NCBI GenBank assembly: GCA_000934665.2
Contig: JYFJ02003456.1
Span: 1-41,307 of the forward strand
Source: Catajapyx aquilonaris
Taxonomy: Eukaryota
Direction: 5' to 3'
Length of the DNA stretch: 41,307 nucleotides
In this document: positions 1 to 12,900 of the stretch, piece after piece
How positions within the stretch are numbered: the stretch's first letter is position 1
Layout: each line of letters starts with the position of its first letter
Program-made: the position numbers and the translations under genes
Notes under the pieces: model-generated
Told to the model about the DNA's origin: nothing
Database searches by the model: none
What the model saw: only the letters and a program-made list of their open reading frames with translations

Positions 1-160
1 CCCCGGGTGGTTTAGTCTGTAGGAAATACCACCCGAGACGAAGCCAGAGGTGACCCAATGAACTCTGCACGAGATGAAGGGGGTGTCCCCGGGCTGGAAT
101 CGAACCCGGGGCCTTAACATCCGTGGGCGCATACGTTACCGCAGCACCACTCCGCCTCCC
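1..160 (-). mobile_element. tRNA-derived SINE, 5' head (continues beyond the window edge)
   Basis: The minus strand begins GGGAGGCGGAGTGGTGCTGCGGT (A box) ... GGTTCGATTCC (B box), followed by a non-tRNA body. Confidence 0.75.
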
Positions 161-1717
161 CTATACGTATACCAAAGTTCAACATTCATTAGCTGATTTA
201 TTGCCTGAAAGAGAAAGGTTAGCATTGTCCAATATATTTTTTTCCAGGTGACACGATCCTACATATTATGCGGAATGTTCACTTCCTTTCCAGTCTGAGA
301 AGCAAGGTAATTTCTTGCACTTGAAGCAGTAACCTTGGTGCTTATTCACCCAGAGCCGAGAAGTGCACACCACGTACTACCGTGACTGAAATTCTTCCAA
401 TTGGATGCTCTCAGTTTTGCTTGTACTTTGCAAGCATTCTTTTTAGTATGGTGCACAGCAGGACAGATGTTGCTTGTATTGACATCAGGTATGAAATGCT
501 GGGAAAGGCTGTCCTTCTAGATTCAAAGTCATTTACAATGATTGGAATTTTGCTTTCAAGAATTAATTCATTTTAATTATTTATCTGACATGTCAGAGAT
601 GAAAGGATTCAATTACAGTATCAAGAGAAATGATTCGTATAAAATTATGTTCTTCCAGGCACGAGAATGGCAACTTCCATCCTACCAGCTGGCATCCCTG
701 AAAGTATTACATTGCAGCCGCAGCCATTGCACTACCCATATTCTCACAAGATGCATCCCTGATGCAACAAAACATGGCTATTCACCAGAACCTTATCTAA
801 ACTCTATGTGATGCATAAAATTTTACAAGTATCCGTTATTGATTATATCACTGGATTCTGAAATAGAGGAAGACATAACTAAAAGTCAAGTTATGTAGAA
901 GCAAATTTTAATTACAAATTCAAATCACACAGCACTCGCTCATTACAAATGATTTAACTCCTTATTGCCTGTAATTTCCAAATTAAACACCAGTGCATTA
1001 AAAAAAATACTGTACTTGTAACTCCATGATCCCAAATCCTGCAGCAGAATAATCTTCCTTTTCAGTGCAAGGGCAGAAATATTACATTTTACCATTGCAT
1101 ATCGTCATTAACATCCAGTGAAAAGTGCAGCGACTAGTATCACTATGCGCTCGGACATACAAAACACACTAATGGAGGGGACAAGTTTAAAAATCTGTTG
1201 CAATGGCACTCGTATCTTTTTAATCTTCCAGACTCCTCATACACACTCACAAACACACAAAACAAAACAGAAACTGTGCCCTGACAACCTAATAACAATT
1301 TGCGTTGTGGTTTGTTTCACCTCTCATAACCTAAGCTTTTGCCCACCTCCTATCCATACACTTGCATTCTGGTAATGTACCAAAGCTAAAAATCAAGTCA
1401 GAAATTTCGGGACATTGTAAAAAGTCCAATTAATCCTAAAGCTAACTCAAAATATGGAGAGGAAAATAAATCTTGAGTAAAATGTCAACCTCGACTTGCT
1501 TGCACTGCTCCACATCAAAAAGAACAAAAAAATGAGCGGACATTTCAACTTTGTCCCAACTGCACATTCCCACCTACATGCATAGCTATGCCACAAAAGA
1601 AAAAAATGTCCTCAATTCAATCGGCACCGTGTCTTCAGAATGCAAACTCAGCATCTTCCTCACAGCCGCAAAAAAACAACGGTTCTTTTTCATTTGCTTC
1701 CATAAGTGTGAGTGAAG

Positions 1718-4700
1718 TCATTGGAGTACCAGTCCAATCTGCAAAGAAAATAAAAAGATAGAAGACTGAGCAACTTCCGTCACATGACTAACAAAACACG
1801 TTGTAGACTCCTTAACATGCTCAACAATCAGATGCTACTCCGAATGCAAGTCATAAAGTGTGCCTGACATGACTTGCATTTAGAGTTAAAAGCATATTAA
1901 CCAGTTATAAAAATTAGTTGGCAAACCTTGTTAGGTGTCATTGCAGGGCACCTCCAGTTGTACAGGTAGTACTGCAGGTTCCCATCCCCAATGCCGAACT
2001 TGAGCGCCTCCAAGAAGTCCCGGTTTTCCATCAGGTCAAGGGCATTGAAGACATCAAAACCAGCCTGGAACAATTTGCATCATCGTAAGGTAGGCTTCTG
2101 GTAAGAATTAACCTAATTAGACCCTCAGGTAATAACGTACAGTTTTGAAAATGGTTTTTTTAAAGCAAATGTTCAGTGATGCTTTCAGCACTCACACTTT
2201 TATCAACTAGCCTTTCCCTTCCTTAGAAAAAGTGCAACTCACATTCTTGGCTGTAATGAGTGTGTCCCCCATAAGATCCTGCCAGCTAGTCCTAGAGGAG
2301 ACGTTGTAGAAAGAATAGGCAGCTTTGATGGACTTGTGCACAGGATGGTGCATCACAGTGGAGGGAAGCGTGTAGTAGCTCACAAAGTCAGTCAGGCAAC
2401 CCCCTTCCTTCTCCACTACGTAACTGTCCACAATGTTGTTACGGGGGAAAAACCAATGCCGGAATTCCTCTTCACTGAAGGATGGGGCCAGGTCAAACTT
2501 CTGCAAGTACTGTTATGGCATTTGCCCAGAGATATAACATTTGTTATTATGGTAAAAACTGAATATGTAAGACAGGAAACCCCACACTGATTGAGAAAAC
2601 CAGGTTGACCAGAAACTTCTATTTAAAAGCACACCGAAGAATTTTTCACTGAACTGTGTGATGTGAATAATTACAAATAATTTCTCGTATAATACATCCT
2701 CAATCCCAAAGAAAATTACAACACCAGTTAGCCACAATATAAATAATTAAGTGGCATAACATTTCACTGGCAGCAGTTTTGCTTTCACGATCACGAAACA
2801 TTATGGATATACAAATAATTGTACTTGTTCTGTTCTGAACTGTGAAATTATCAAATTTAGCAAACTGCACACCTTTAAGTTTTTCCGGGTACCTTGGCGA
2901 TTTGACTTAACAAAAGTTCCATTGCATATTCTATCAATTACTTTTAAAAAGAGGCATCAGTGTGAATTGATTTGAGGACATAATACTGTAAAAAGTGGTA
3001 ATAATATCATTACAAGCATGCCCACCCTTCCACAGCAGTAGCCTTAAACTCTGACCTGTGCAAGCAGGGCATGAGCCTTTGGGACATCCTCCTCATCCAA
3101 ATGTCTGAAGCCCTCGGTCTTAGTGTGCTCAGGTAGCTTGTACAGCTTCATGGTCCTCTGCATTGTCATGTTTCGGCTCAGGTGAGAAAACTTCACATCG
3201 ATTAGCTTCTTTGGATTCAGGGAACGATGCCAGTATCTTTAAAAAAATTAAGTTAAACATGGTTAAAAATACTGGCTGAAGTAAAAAGAAAGAGCTGAAT
3301 ACAATGGAAAACCTCATACAGTGAAACCTACACATGGCGGAATCGCATGGGACCCTGAAAATTATCCATCATGGACAAGTTTGAACCGCTATATTCAACA
3401 TGGTCTTTCCGCAAGTTCATGTCCTAAGTATACGCAGTTTTCAGAAAAAATCAGCAATGGACAGAATTCTGCTAAACTCACGGTCCATTATGAACAGGTT
3501 TCATTGGTACATAATTGCTGGCAGGAAATACACAAGAACATTTCAGTTACTTATTACCAGGAAAATTCACTGTATGCTTTGCTTTGTAATAATATTGAAA
3601 AACATTTATGAATGAAAATGTGTCACTGACCTACACTTCAAGCTCATATCAGTGTTATAAACTTCCTTCATTAACTAATGGGAATGTGAACAAGAACATG
3701 ATCTTAGAATGGTAAGGTCTGGTCTCTCCCCTCTTATCGCTTTAGGGGGCCTGACGGGGTGTTTTGCAGGAGGTGGCTGCTTGATAGCCCATTTCACGGC
3801 TTTACAGACATGTGCGACCCTACCTGACTGTTCTGAACATATAGGTAGAAGAGACAGTCAGGTCCTTAAGGCGATAAGAGGGGAAAGAAAAGACCTTACT
3901 ATTCTTAGACCGTGGGTAAGAGCTTGTGAGATTATTTTAGTTATGGACTCAGGCAACTTAACGGTATACCCACCGGGGCCTATTTCCAAAGGCATAAAAT
4001 ACCAACTTTTAAAAGTCGAATGAATACATTTCTTCCTCACCTACAAGTTCCAACTGGCTTTGGCAACACAACACCTGCAGTATACACGGCCTGGAAGATT
4101 CCCTGCAAGTTGACCCTTCTGGTGATCTCACGGATAAGAACTGGGGCTACCCGCTTTGACCTCAGTTTCTTGTGGACACACAGGAAGTTAATCTCCACTG
4201 TCTTCTGGGTTCTAGGAAAGAGGGCAATGATTTCGTAAATTTAAAATCAGAACTAGTGGCAAACAATATGGATGCTGTAGTTCCCTTTTAGGATGCTATG
4301 AAATGAAAACATGATTGTTCCAACATAATTATGTGATCAGAAAAAATTGACAGTACTTGTCATATATTTTAATCGTTGCTGGAATGGCACTGATGAAACC
4401 GACCAGCTTCCCACTCTTAGTCACCCGGACCCCGCAATGCCACTCGTGGCGCCATCCAGGAGGCTGCAGAGCCCTGAAAAAAAGGCCTAATTTTAAAACT
4501 GCCAAATGCTGATAAATATTAAAATTCCAGCATCATATGTGAACTTACCACCTAAGAAACTCAGGTGGATAATCAAACCGAAACATGCTATCATCATCCT
4601 CCACGTAGTTTTCATTAAGCAGCTGGTACAGCTCCTTAAGCTGCAGTAAATCAAGTAGAGGTGAAAATTAATGTCCCACCCCAGAGAGCTTTACATCCAC

Positions 4701-5786
4701 ACAATATTACCACAGCAGCATCCTCAAGGTTCAGGGTGTCCCATTGGAATCCGTCAGGAAGAGTGAAAGGATCAGGCCGTATCTCCGACACAGTCTTGTC
4801 TGGTTCGATGCATTCATTTGATGTTATATCCTCATCTAAAATGAGGTGCCTCAATTATTAAACTGTCTATCAGAGAGTCGGTAACACACATGCCATGAAA
4901 ATGCATTTCCCTCTCATCTCTGAAATGGGGCAATTACCGTTGCGCATAGCAATTCATGACCCAAGTTCAAGTGGATGACATGTGAATCTGTGACACGCTC
5001 ATTTACCCCAACTCTTCACCTACCTCTTGAACTGAAAACTTGTACAGTACAATGCACCATCCAGTACGATACAATAGCAGTTCAGTAATTTATGATTTCT
5101 GAGCAAATTCAATCTTCAAGAAAAGAGTCTCACCCATTTTGGGCACCGGCTGTGTGTTCCAGAACTGGAATTGTTTCTGCAAGGCCTCCTCAGGAGTCTT
5201 GGCTGGTTTTTGCTTGAGGGTGAGCATCTCCACAGCCTTCTTCAGTTCCTGCATGGACAGGCGAGTGACGCCCTTGTTGCCCTTATTCACTTCCGCACCA
5301 CCCACGTCGTTCTCCGTTGGACCATCTGCTGCCTCTGCACCAGAAGCTGCACCACCCTTCTTTTTCTTGCTCTTCTTCTTCCCACTGTTCGGGGAAAAAA
5401 TTTGCATCAGGTTAAAGGTTACAACTCTTCTTTTTTTACAAAATGCAATAATGTGTCCTAGGGAAGGCATAGTGGTCTGGTGGTTACGCCACTGGCCAGC
5501 CAAGCGGGAGGCCAGGGTACAAATCCCGTCCCCTTCACCTCTGCTTGACCAGGTCTTTTTCCGCTTTTCACTCGACATGCCAGGGCAGAATTGAAGGGTG
5601 GAGTGCAAGAGGGGCATGAGTCAAAGCAACAGACACCTGACTCATGCCCCTCTTGCACTGCACCCTTCAATTGCACTCCCTACTCTGCCCAGGGCTAGGA
5701 GAAAAGGTCTGGTGTATTTCACAAAGTCAGAAATGACTATAATTACAGCGCCCTCCCTTGGGAACCACCCCATCACAGGGTAAATT

Positions 5787-5855
<69 letters not shown>

Positions 5856-8132
5856 TGTCCTAATAATGTTCAGATCTGCACTTATGAAAATCTGGTTCAC
5901 ACTCCCAACCTATGTTGACAATGCATATGCATAGGAGTGGCATAAACTCTATGCGCATACACTACAAGAAGGAACACATGGTATTTTAACCAGCAAGTCA
6001 ACAAGTCAGGAGGACGTATGGGATACCCATTGACATGCAACTGAGCTTACTTTAGAGACACTTCCCATGCATACCAGAAGTTCTTGCATATGTCAGTGTA
6101 ATCAAACAACCGGCAGAAACACAAATCAATCATAGCCATTCATTCTGTTGTCCTAAATTATTACATAAAACAACACCCTACAGCAAAAGATGGCATCAAA
6201 TCTGCTGTTAAATGTTCCGCACTACTTACGGCAACAAAAACAATATTGCAATCCATTTCTGTGAGGCATGCAACAGGATTACATTGGCAACACTGAATCA
6301 AACAAGAGCCAAAAGCTGCATAAGATTTCTTGGAATGCAGTGTGGAATGGAAGTAGGCAGAGAGGTGAGCGGGTGAATGGTCCCATAGGCATGTTAACAC
6401 ACCCTCTCATGCTATCAGGTGGAGGAATGCTTCGCTGCTGAGTAAGGAACAACATTGAATCAGTCTCACGCTGATGCTCTTGGGAAAGCACAAAACTATT
6501 TTCATGTGTGTGCCCAGTAATAATATTCTTCACCTCCCAATACTCTTTCTGATACATTCTCACACTAGTTATTCACACTAATTCTGCAAATATATCCTTA
6601 TTGTACTCATTATACTTCAGTGAAACCTCAACCTATCATTTCCTGGATTCATCTTTTTGTTCAATTCCTCGAGTCCTGGAAAAAATACTATTTAATATAG
6701 GCTCCTGCATCACCACTGACATGATTGTAGGCACTGGGTGTTGCTGATTTGGCAGGAGTGCTACAGGTGGCACCAAGCGATCCCCTCCCACCACCTGGAC
6801 ACAGGTGGGCTTGCATGACACAGCAATCTCACGTCGTAGCTCCGCAATAGATGCTTTCATCTCTGCATGCTTCAGCTCCAGTTGACCCTTTTCTTTTTCT
6901 TTCTGGTAGACCAGGCGAGCCAAAACCGCATCCACATAATCCAGCTGAGCCAAAGCCTCCTTCACAGTAGCCTGGTCATTCTTGTCACACCAATCCTCGA
7001 TTGTTTCACCAAGAGTATCCAGAATCCTAGTTGCCTCCAAAAACAGTCCAGTCCTAGGCAAACTCATGAACTGCTTCATCTCCACAACCTCCTCTCCAGT
7101 TGCGTTAGTCCTCATTCCCTGGGTCGCAACTTCAGCTACTCCAGCCATCGTCTCCTGGCCTTCAGCAATACCTTCCCTTGTCAAAAGGCAATTTACCACA
7201 CAACAACTAGCACAAACTAATTCTACCATGGGAGCCAAACAAAGTTATAACAAACTAGACAGTCAGTAACCATAACATGCTTCCCCTAGCAACATAGCTT
7301 ATGCAGAACCATGTGCTTGTACTGGTATAAAGCTGTGCAAGCAAGATTCGCTCTTCTGTCACTAGCAGTACCATGCGATGAATGTCCACCACAGTACAAG
7401 CCCTGCAACCCCCACCCTTTTGCATGAGCTTCGTTACTCTCTGATTTGGTGCTGGCTTCACTACTGGGGAGATAAGGTGGTTCGGGTGGCTGAGGAGGAC
7501 TGTGTGAATGTGCCACGGACCCAGCTGCAGTGGAAACGACAGTTTGGGTTGGTTCAGAAGCCGTCTGCCTGAACCGCCTAATGCCCAGCAGCACCAAATC
7601 GATACTCCAGCGGGCAGGAGTGCATTGTAGATCCCTCAGCAAGAATAACGTAAGGCAGAATTATTAATCCTGCCTAAATCACGCCCAGGTGAAACTTTTG
7701 TCATTTCTCCAAACCAATTCCTTTCCACTGCCTTCCAAACGCAGCCGGATGATCTAACGAGCATGTGGCATAATGATTGATTGATGATATAGTATCCGCT
7801 TGTCAACAACACTCGTGGCACCCACATGAATAAATAGAACGGTTCCATCAGCGAGTGATTTACGGCCGCTAATTCCTTCCCACCCCAGGAATCGACCCAA
7901 AGAATGATGATCACCCTTTCTTATCATCCTTCCCGGCCGCGCTGTCCTCCGGCTGCTTCCCTCCTCCGACAGCGTTGGTGGCCTCCACGTCGTTCATGTG
8001 CACCTCTTCCTCCTTCTTCCCCTTGCCGCCGCCCTTCTTCTTCCCTTTTCCCTTCCCTTCCCCTGCCGCGGGGACCGAGGACGAGGCTGGAGGCGCCTCC
8101 GAGGCCTGCTCACGTTTCCCTTCGTCCGCCAT
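1718..8132 (-). CDS. NMT: Glycylpeptide N-tetradecanoyltransferase (N-myristoyltransferase), 10 coding exons, 526 aa
   Basis: Hand-built model: complement(join(1718..1738,1927..2064,2243..2509,3056..3236,4041..4211,4357..4473,4549..4640,4711..4835,5134..5384,7915..8132)) = 1581 nt. All introns are GT-AG with matching phases. Hallmark NMT motifs: [94 protein letters not shown] and C-terminal IGLVLQ*. Confidence 0.97.
3319..3506. mobile_element. Tigger/pogo-like MITE, degraded
   Basis: TA|CAGTGAAACCT ... AGGTTTCATTG terminal inverted repeats. Confidence 0.55.
3707..3904. mobile_element. MITE, PIF/Harbinger (Tourist)-like
   Basis: About 50-bp imperfect terminal inverted repeats (GAATGGTAAGGTCT...CCCCTCTTATCGC / GCGATAAGAGGGG...AGACCTTACTATTC) flanked by a TTA duplication. 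Confidence 0.75.
5461..5848 (+). mobile_element. Full-length tRNA-derived SINE with (TAA)n tail, in NMT intron 1
   Basis: A box (TAGTGGTCTGGTGG), B box (GGTACAAATCC), 3' stem-loop at 5751-5780, (TAA)n tail, and a 14-bp TSD AATAATGTGTCCTA at 5447-5460 and 5849-5862. Confidence 0.9.
5788..5853 (+). repeat. (TAA)n microsatellite, about 22 units; the SINE tail
   Basis: Perfect TAA run read directly from the sequence. Confidence 0.97.
6636..7238 (-). mobile_element. Probable decayed non-LTR retrotransposon ORF1 (gag-like) N-terminal fragment in NMT intron 1
   Basis: 200-aa ORF with a coiled-coil ([26 protein letters not shown]) followed by KPTCVQVV, which resembles the 'PTYAQVV' motif common in arthropod LINE ORF1 proteins. 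No zinc knuckle or RT was seen. Confidence 0.4.
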
Positions 8133-9979
8133 CTTGATTCTGAAGCCGGAACTGCCTGCTCTGTCATTGGTCCACGCCTCCTTCCAACCGGTGGCCGGGA
8201 AATAGGAGGGTCGGATCCAGCACAGCAGTTCGGGGAGGGAGGGACAAGCAGCTGTCACAGCATTAGCTATTAGTGAATCTAGTCGGAATTACGCGGAATT
8301 AATCCTATTAAACGCAAAACGATAGTAGTTAAACACGATTTGGCATGCGAAACGGAATATTCTGCACAATTGCTAATCAAAAAACTACTAATTCGTAATT
8401 CCGATGAAATGTGTGATGATTATAGCTGCGATGCTTTAACTGCTAATAGTTAGCAGCAGTTAACAGGGGAAGGACATTTTTATTAATTACAAACTTATGA
8501 AATTGCAGTTTAAATTTACATGTGTGTTAAACCGAATATTTTGACGTCATCCACGCAATGAAATTAGCATGACCCGACAAACCAGGCCGAATGAAATCAT
8601 TATATCAGGAACGGCCAGGAATGAGCCACCTCCTGACAATACTACCTCCTGCCGTCTCATGGCCACCTGATTGAAAGTCAGAATTTGCGTTGTGTTAGGT
8701 AGTTTGTGGGCACTGTGAGGACATTCAGAGACCTAGACTAGCGGGGGACTAATAATAATACGTGGAGACTAGCACTGCACATGCGATGTAATTGTAACAT
8801 ATTCGCTGTCTTGTTGAATACAGGCAAGTCTTGAGGTGTTAGGTACTTGTACGGCAACTTTGGTGCATGTACTGTACTGATACCACAAGCAGAAATATGT
8901 TCGAAGATGGGCTGGGAGACAAATATGACTAGTTTACATGGGACTGAAAATCGACCTAGCTAAGGCTGCCTATAGGCGAACTGGCTAGGTAGTGGCTGAG
9001 CTCCTATGTTGACCAGCGTGACCCATTTTCATTCACAATTAACCACAAATGCAATGTGGAACAGTACATAGAAGAAGAACCCCACAAACATTCACAGAGC
9101 TTGATGGCAATGGGAGATGAACAATGAAGCAGAATACCAGATACCCACTAAGGTTATTGACACAAATACCAAGACTAGGAATTGGATTGGCTGCCAGGGT
9201 CCTTTCAGTACATTACCACATTTATGGCAATAAAGTTCAGGCAGCATTCAGGTACAGAACTTGCCAGTTACAGTACATTGCACTACATGATAAGTTGCAG
9301 ACAATAAAACAGTGGTAACGACCTCTTCCAAGAGAGTTTGCACAGGTAATAAAATATCTCAAGGTGAGGTTTCCATGAAGTAGGCTGCTGTACTGTACGA
9401 TATCAAAGCCAGTCAATTTTATTCAGCCCAACACAATGGACAATGACGTTGCAAACTTGGTTGTCGTTCTTGATTGCGGCAACCTAAATTATTTAAATAT
9501 GCTAGAATTAGGCACAACTGCAGCAGCAGTGGTAGAGCGGCATATTGATTGCGACTTACCTGTCAGTACACATTACAGTAACAACAGCACCTGAAAATTT
9601 CTCTCAAACAACTAGGGCATACTGGAGAAATGCAATAAACCACATGTTGCGTATGTCTCTTCCACTTTGCAAATGCAAAGCTCACCATTATTATTACTTT
9701 TATTATTGTTACCCTCGCTATAATATCTCTTCTAACATAACAATCCTGTAGGACTGGAGGGGGGGATTGGGCCTGCCAATCGTAACAGGAGACCACATTG
9801 CACTTTTTTGTATTCTGAGGGATTGCTTAACAACCTAGTCTGTATAACCAGGCAACTCTGATATGTGCACCTATACAAGCTAAAGCATCTCATCACGTAC
9901 ACATGTTGTGAACATGAGCACACTGCATGAATGCAACATCATTTTCTCAACCTTCCGCCCCTTGACCCGATATAATTCT

Positions 9980-12900
9980 TCACACGTAATTGGAAGTGGA
10001 GTATTTGGTTCTGGATACAGTCCTTGGCGGGGTCTCTTTTTTAAACTGGGGGGCGGAATCACGCATGGTCCGGAGGGTCGGGTGGCTGTAGTGCAGCTTC
10101 GTGTGATATCGCTGTTCCACCAGTGGCAGTAGAGAGTCCAGGAGGAAGGCCTTGGATTTTTGAACTACCAAAATCTGTAAAAATTCACGAGGAAAATGAC
10201 AATAAAAATGACATCTCATAAAACTGTCTTACGTTAGTTTACATAATAGTCTGACTTATTTTATGGCAAGACCACCTTTGCGTACCTTAGATTGTGAGAT
10301 CCCTCCAGCCCTGAGTGCAGCTTCCATGTGCTGTAGTTGAGCTTGGAAGACGTCATACATGACCTTGTCAATCTCTCCCTGTACCTCTGGAGAAGCCACG
10401 TCCAAGAGTTGCTTCTGCAGATGCAGGTAGGTCCGGCAGAAGGCTACTGTGCTGGCAGCCAAGGTGACTTGCGACCCATCTGGGGAAGAGACCCTCTGCA
10501 GAGTCTCCTCGGGGAAGCCCATTTCCTGAAGCTCTGAGGCTAGCTTTTGGTGCTGGGATGGTCCCTTCAGCTGCAAGGGCGACCATGTCTCCTCCTGGCT
10601 CCTCAGCTTACAAGAGTCCAGAGCATGTTCCCGGGCCAGAGGGAGAGATTGGAGGACACGTGGACGCAGAAGGGATTCAAGGAGGAAACTCATAGCCAGG
10701 CCCACCTCCGTCAGCTGATGTTTCATAGAAAGGACAATGGTTAATAACATTTCAGACAACATACCTTTCTAAATATTATTGTGCATTCCTAAAACATGGC
10801 AAGATCCTAAGCCCCGGAATTAAACCCACATATAGCTATGACACGCAATACCGCTGTGATGGAGCTTATGCTATAACCCACATACTACTCATATATTACA
10901 GCATTTCACGCTGCTGTTTAAGATGAGAATTGACTGTACTGACCTGTTCACACTGTGTTCGAAGATCAGCAACGCACGATGCTACCAGTGCTAGCGATGA
11001 CTTTGTGGTGAACAAATGGTGAGAATAGCTGACAACAAATGACTCCAGTTCATTCTTCGCCCAGCACACAAATGCTGTGGGAAATTTTCCAAGTGTTAGA
11101 AATTTTACACTCAATGGGGAACTAGCCTTGGTCTGGGATTTGGGATTTTTGTTCATAACTAGCTAGCCCATGCCTGTAAACATACATTCCATCACTCTGT
11201 TGCATCAAAATGACATTACTGGATAAATTACGGCACATTTAAAAGTGCCTTCAAAATTGGCGGGAAAAACGCCGGAGCCAATCGAAAGGGTACACTGAAA
11301 TGCCTGGTTGACTGCGAGAGATGAGGAATTTGACTTTGAATTAACCGCGGACACGACGGAAAGCATTCGCAAGGCGGCTGTAGGCCATCGAGGTGGAGAA
11401 AGGGGGCCTTCATGTGCCGAATTCGGGTGACAGATGATTCCTGCCAGTTGGCACCCCTGCCAGCCCCTAAGCTGATTGAGCGGCGTGAAGTAAAAACGCG
11501 CCCCGGCCGCTATCTTGCTCACGGAATGGGACGGTTGCTAACCACAGCAAAGCATTTTACAACAATGACGGGGCGCGTTCTATAACATCATTTTTGCGTT
11601 CATTTCACTTCGCGTGACGTCAACATTTTCTAGGGAAACAGTGACGTCACCATTTCCCTACATAAAAACCCCAATTACTCCGGAACTAAAGCTGATATCT
11701 TAAAACGGAATATGCCAAAAAAATCCAAAAAATATGGGCGAATTTATTATGTAGTTTCCAAAATGAAGGCTACTCCCCCATTACACGTATGTCTTTATCC
11801 TATGCTTTCTCACTGTAGATTGCATCAGCACCATATTAGGCAAGCCTTTTATGGAAAAATGCAGCATGCAGGAAGCAATGCAAGGGTTACCTGGGGCACA
11901 GTTCTTGCAGTGAGCAAAGACACGCTCATACTCTCTCCCTGTTTCAAGCAGGCAAGCGAAGAAGATGGCTGCCATGTGACCGAGGAAGCTCTGGGTGTCT
12001 CCCTCCAGCTTAAGGTTTTGCAGGCCATTCTTTAGAACCAAGCTGCGCAGCTTGAGGAAGAGATCGCAGGCCACTTGAGGCTGGCCTAGTTGCACTAAGA
12101 GGAGGAGAATCTTCCTGGCTGCACGGGGACCTCCTCGCAGGGACTTGTTGGGACTCACCCGCAGCTCATTGGTTAACGAATCTAGCAGGGTCTTCACCCT
12201 TAACTCCAATTTTTGCCTAGATTAAATAATAATAATTTAGCACAGTGTAAGTTTCGTTTTAGTCCATCAAATAAATACACAAACATATATTTGAGTTTTA
12301 GGAAAAATTTCACATGTAACCAGGGCTGTATTTCCGTAATCTACACAAACATTTTAGCAACTCTTACTTGGCATCCTTTACAAATGGTTCTGGTAGCAAA
12401 GGGCTCTGCAGCTCCTTCCTCACTTGGAATATTATGCCCACTGCAGTCTCAAATGACCTTTGAGCAATATTCATGTCCAGTTCTTCTGCAAAGTCATGCA
12501 GCACTTCTGGGATATTGGTCTGGTCCAGTTCCTCGATTTCTAAAAATGCTGCAAAATATATATTTATGTGAAAATTAGCAAACGGTAAAAATGTACGAGG
12601 GTTGTTTCATAAGTCATGGCGCGTATTTTTTAATTCAAAAACGGTAACACATACAGAGATGACCTTTGCTGAGTTTTGAAACTCAGGCGATTACAATTTG
12701 ATCTGGCATATACATGTCGCCCATATTGCGAGGGAGGCAGGGAAACAAAAGGGGATCGTGACCCCCCACCGCACCATCACCCTAAGAAGGCCCGAGCCTG
12801 ACGCGCTTGGAGCTGTTGGAGGCTGCATGCGGGACACTCTGAGATGGACAACACTAGAGATTGCGTACGAGTGCGGAACTACAGTCAGAGCACTTTGACC

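Noticed and set aside
85..160. Possible tRNA gene (also at 5461-5535 and 15225-15298)
   Set aside because: A and B boxes are present, but there is no clean cloverleaf and each runs into a SINE body. Two have tails and TSDs, so these are SINE heads.
382..1375. Short plus-strand ORFs downstream of NMT
   Set aside because: AT-rich region likely to be the NMT 3' UTR; no recognisable protein features.
1837..1886. Short hairpin in the last NMT intron
   Set aside because: Only about 18-bp imperfect arms; most likely a MITE remnant and too weak to call.
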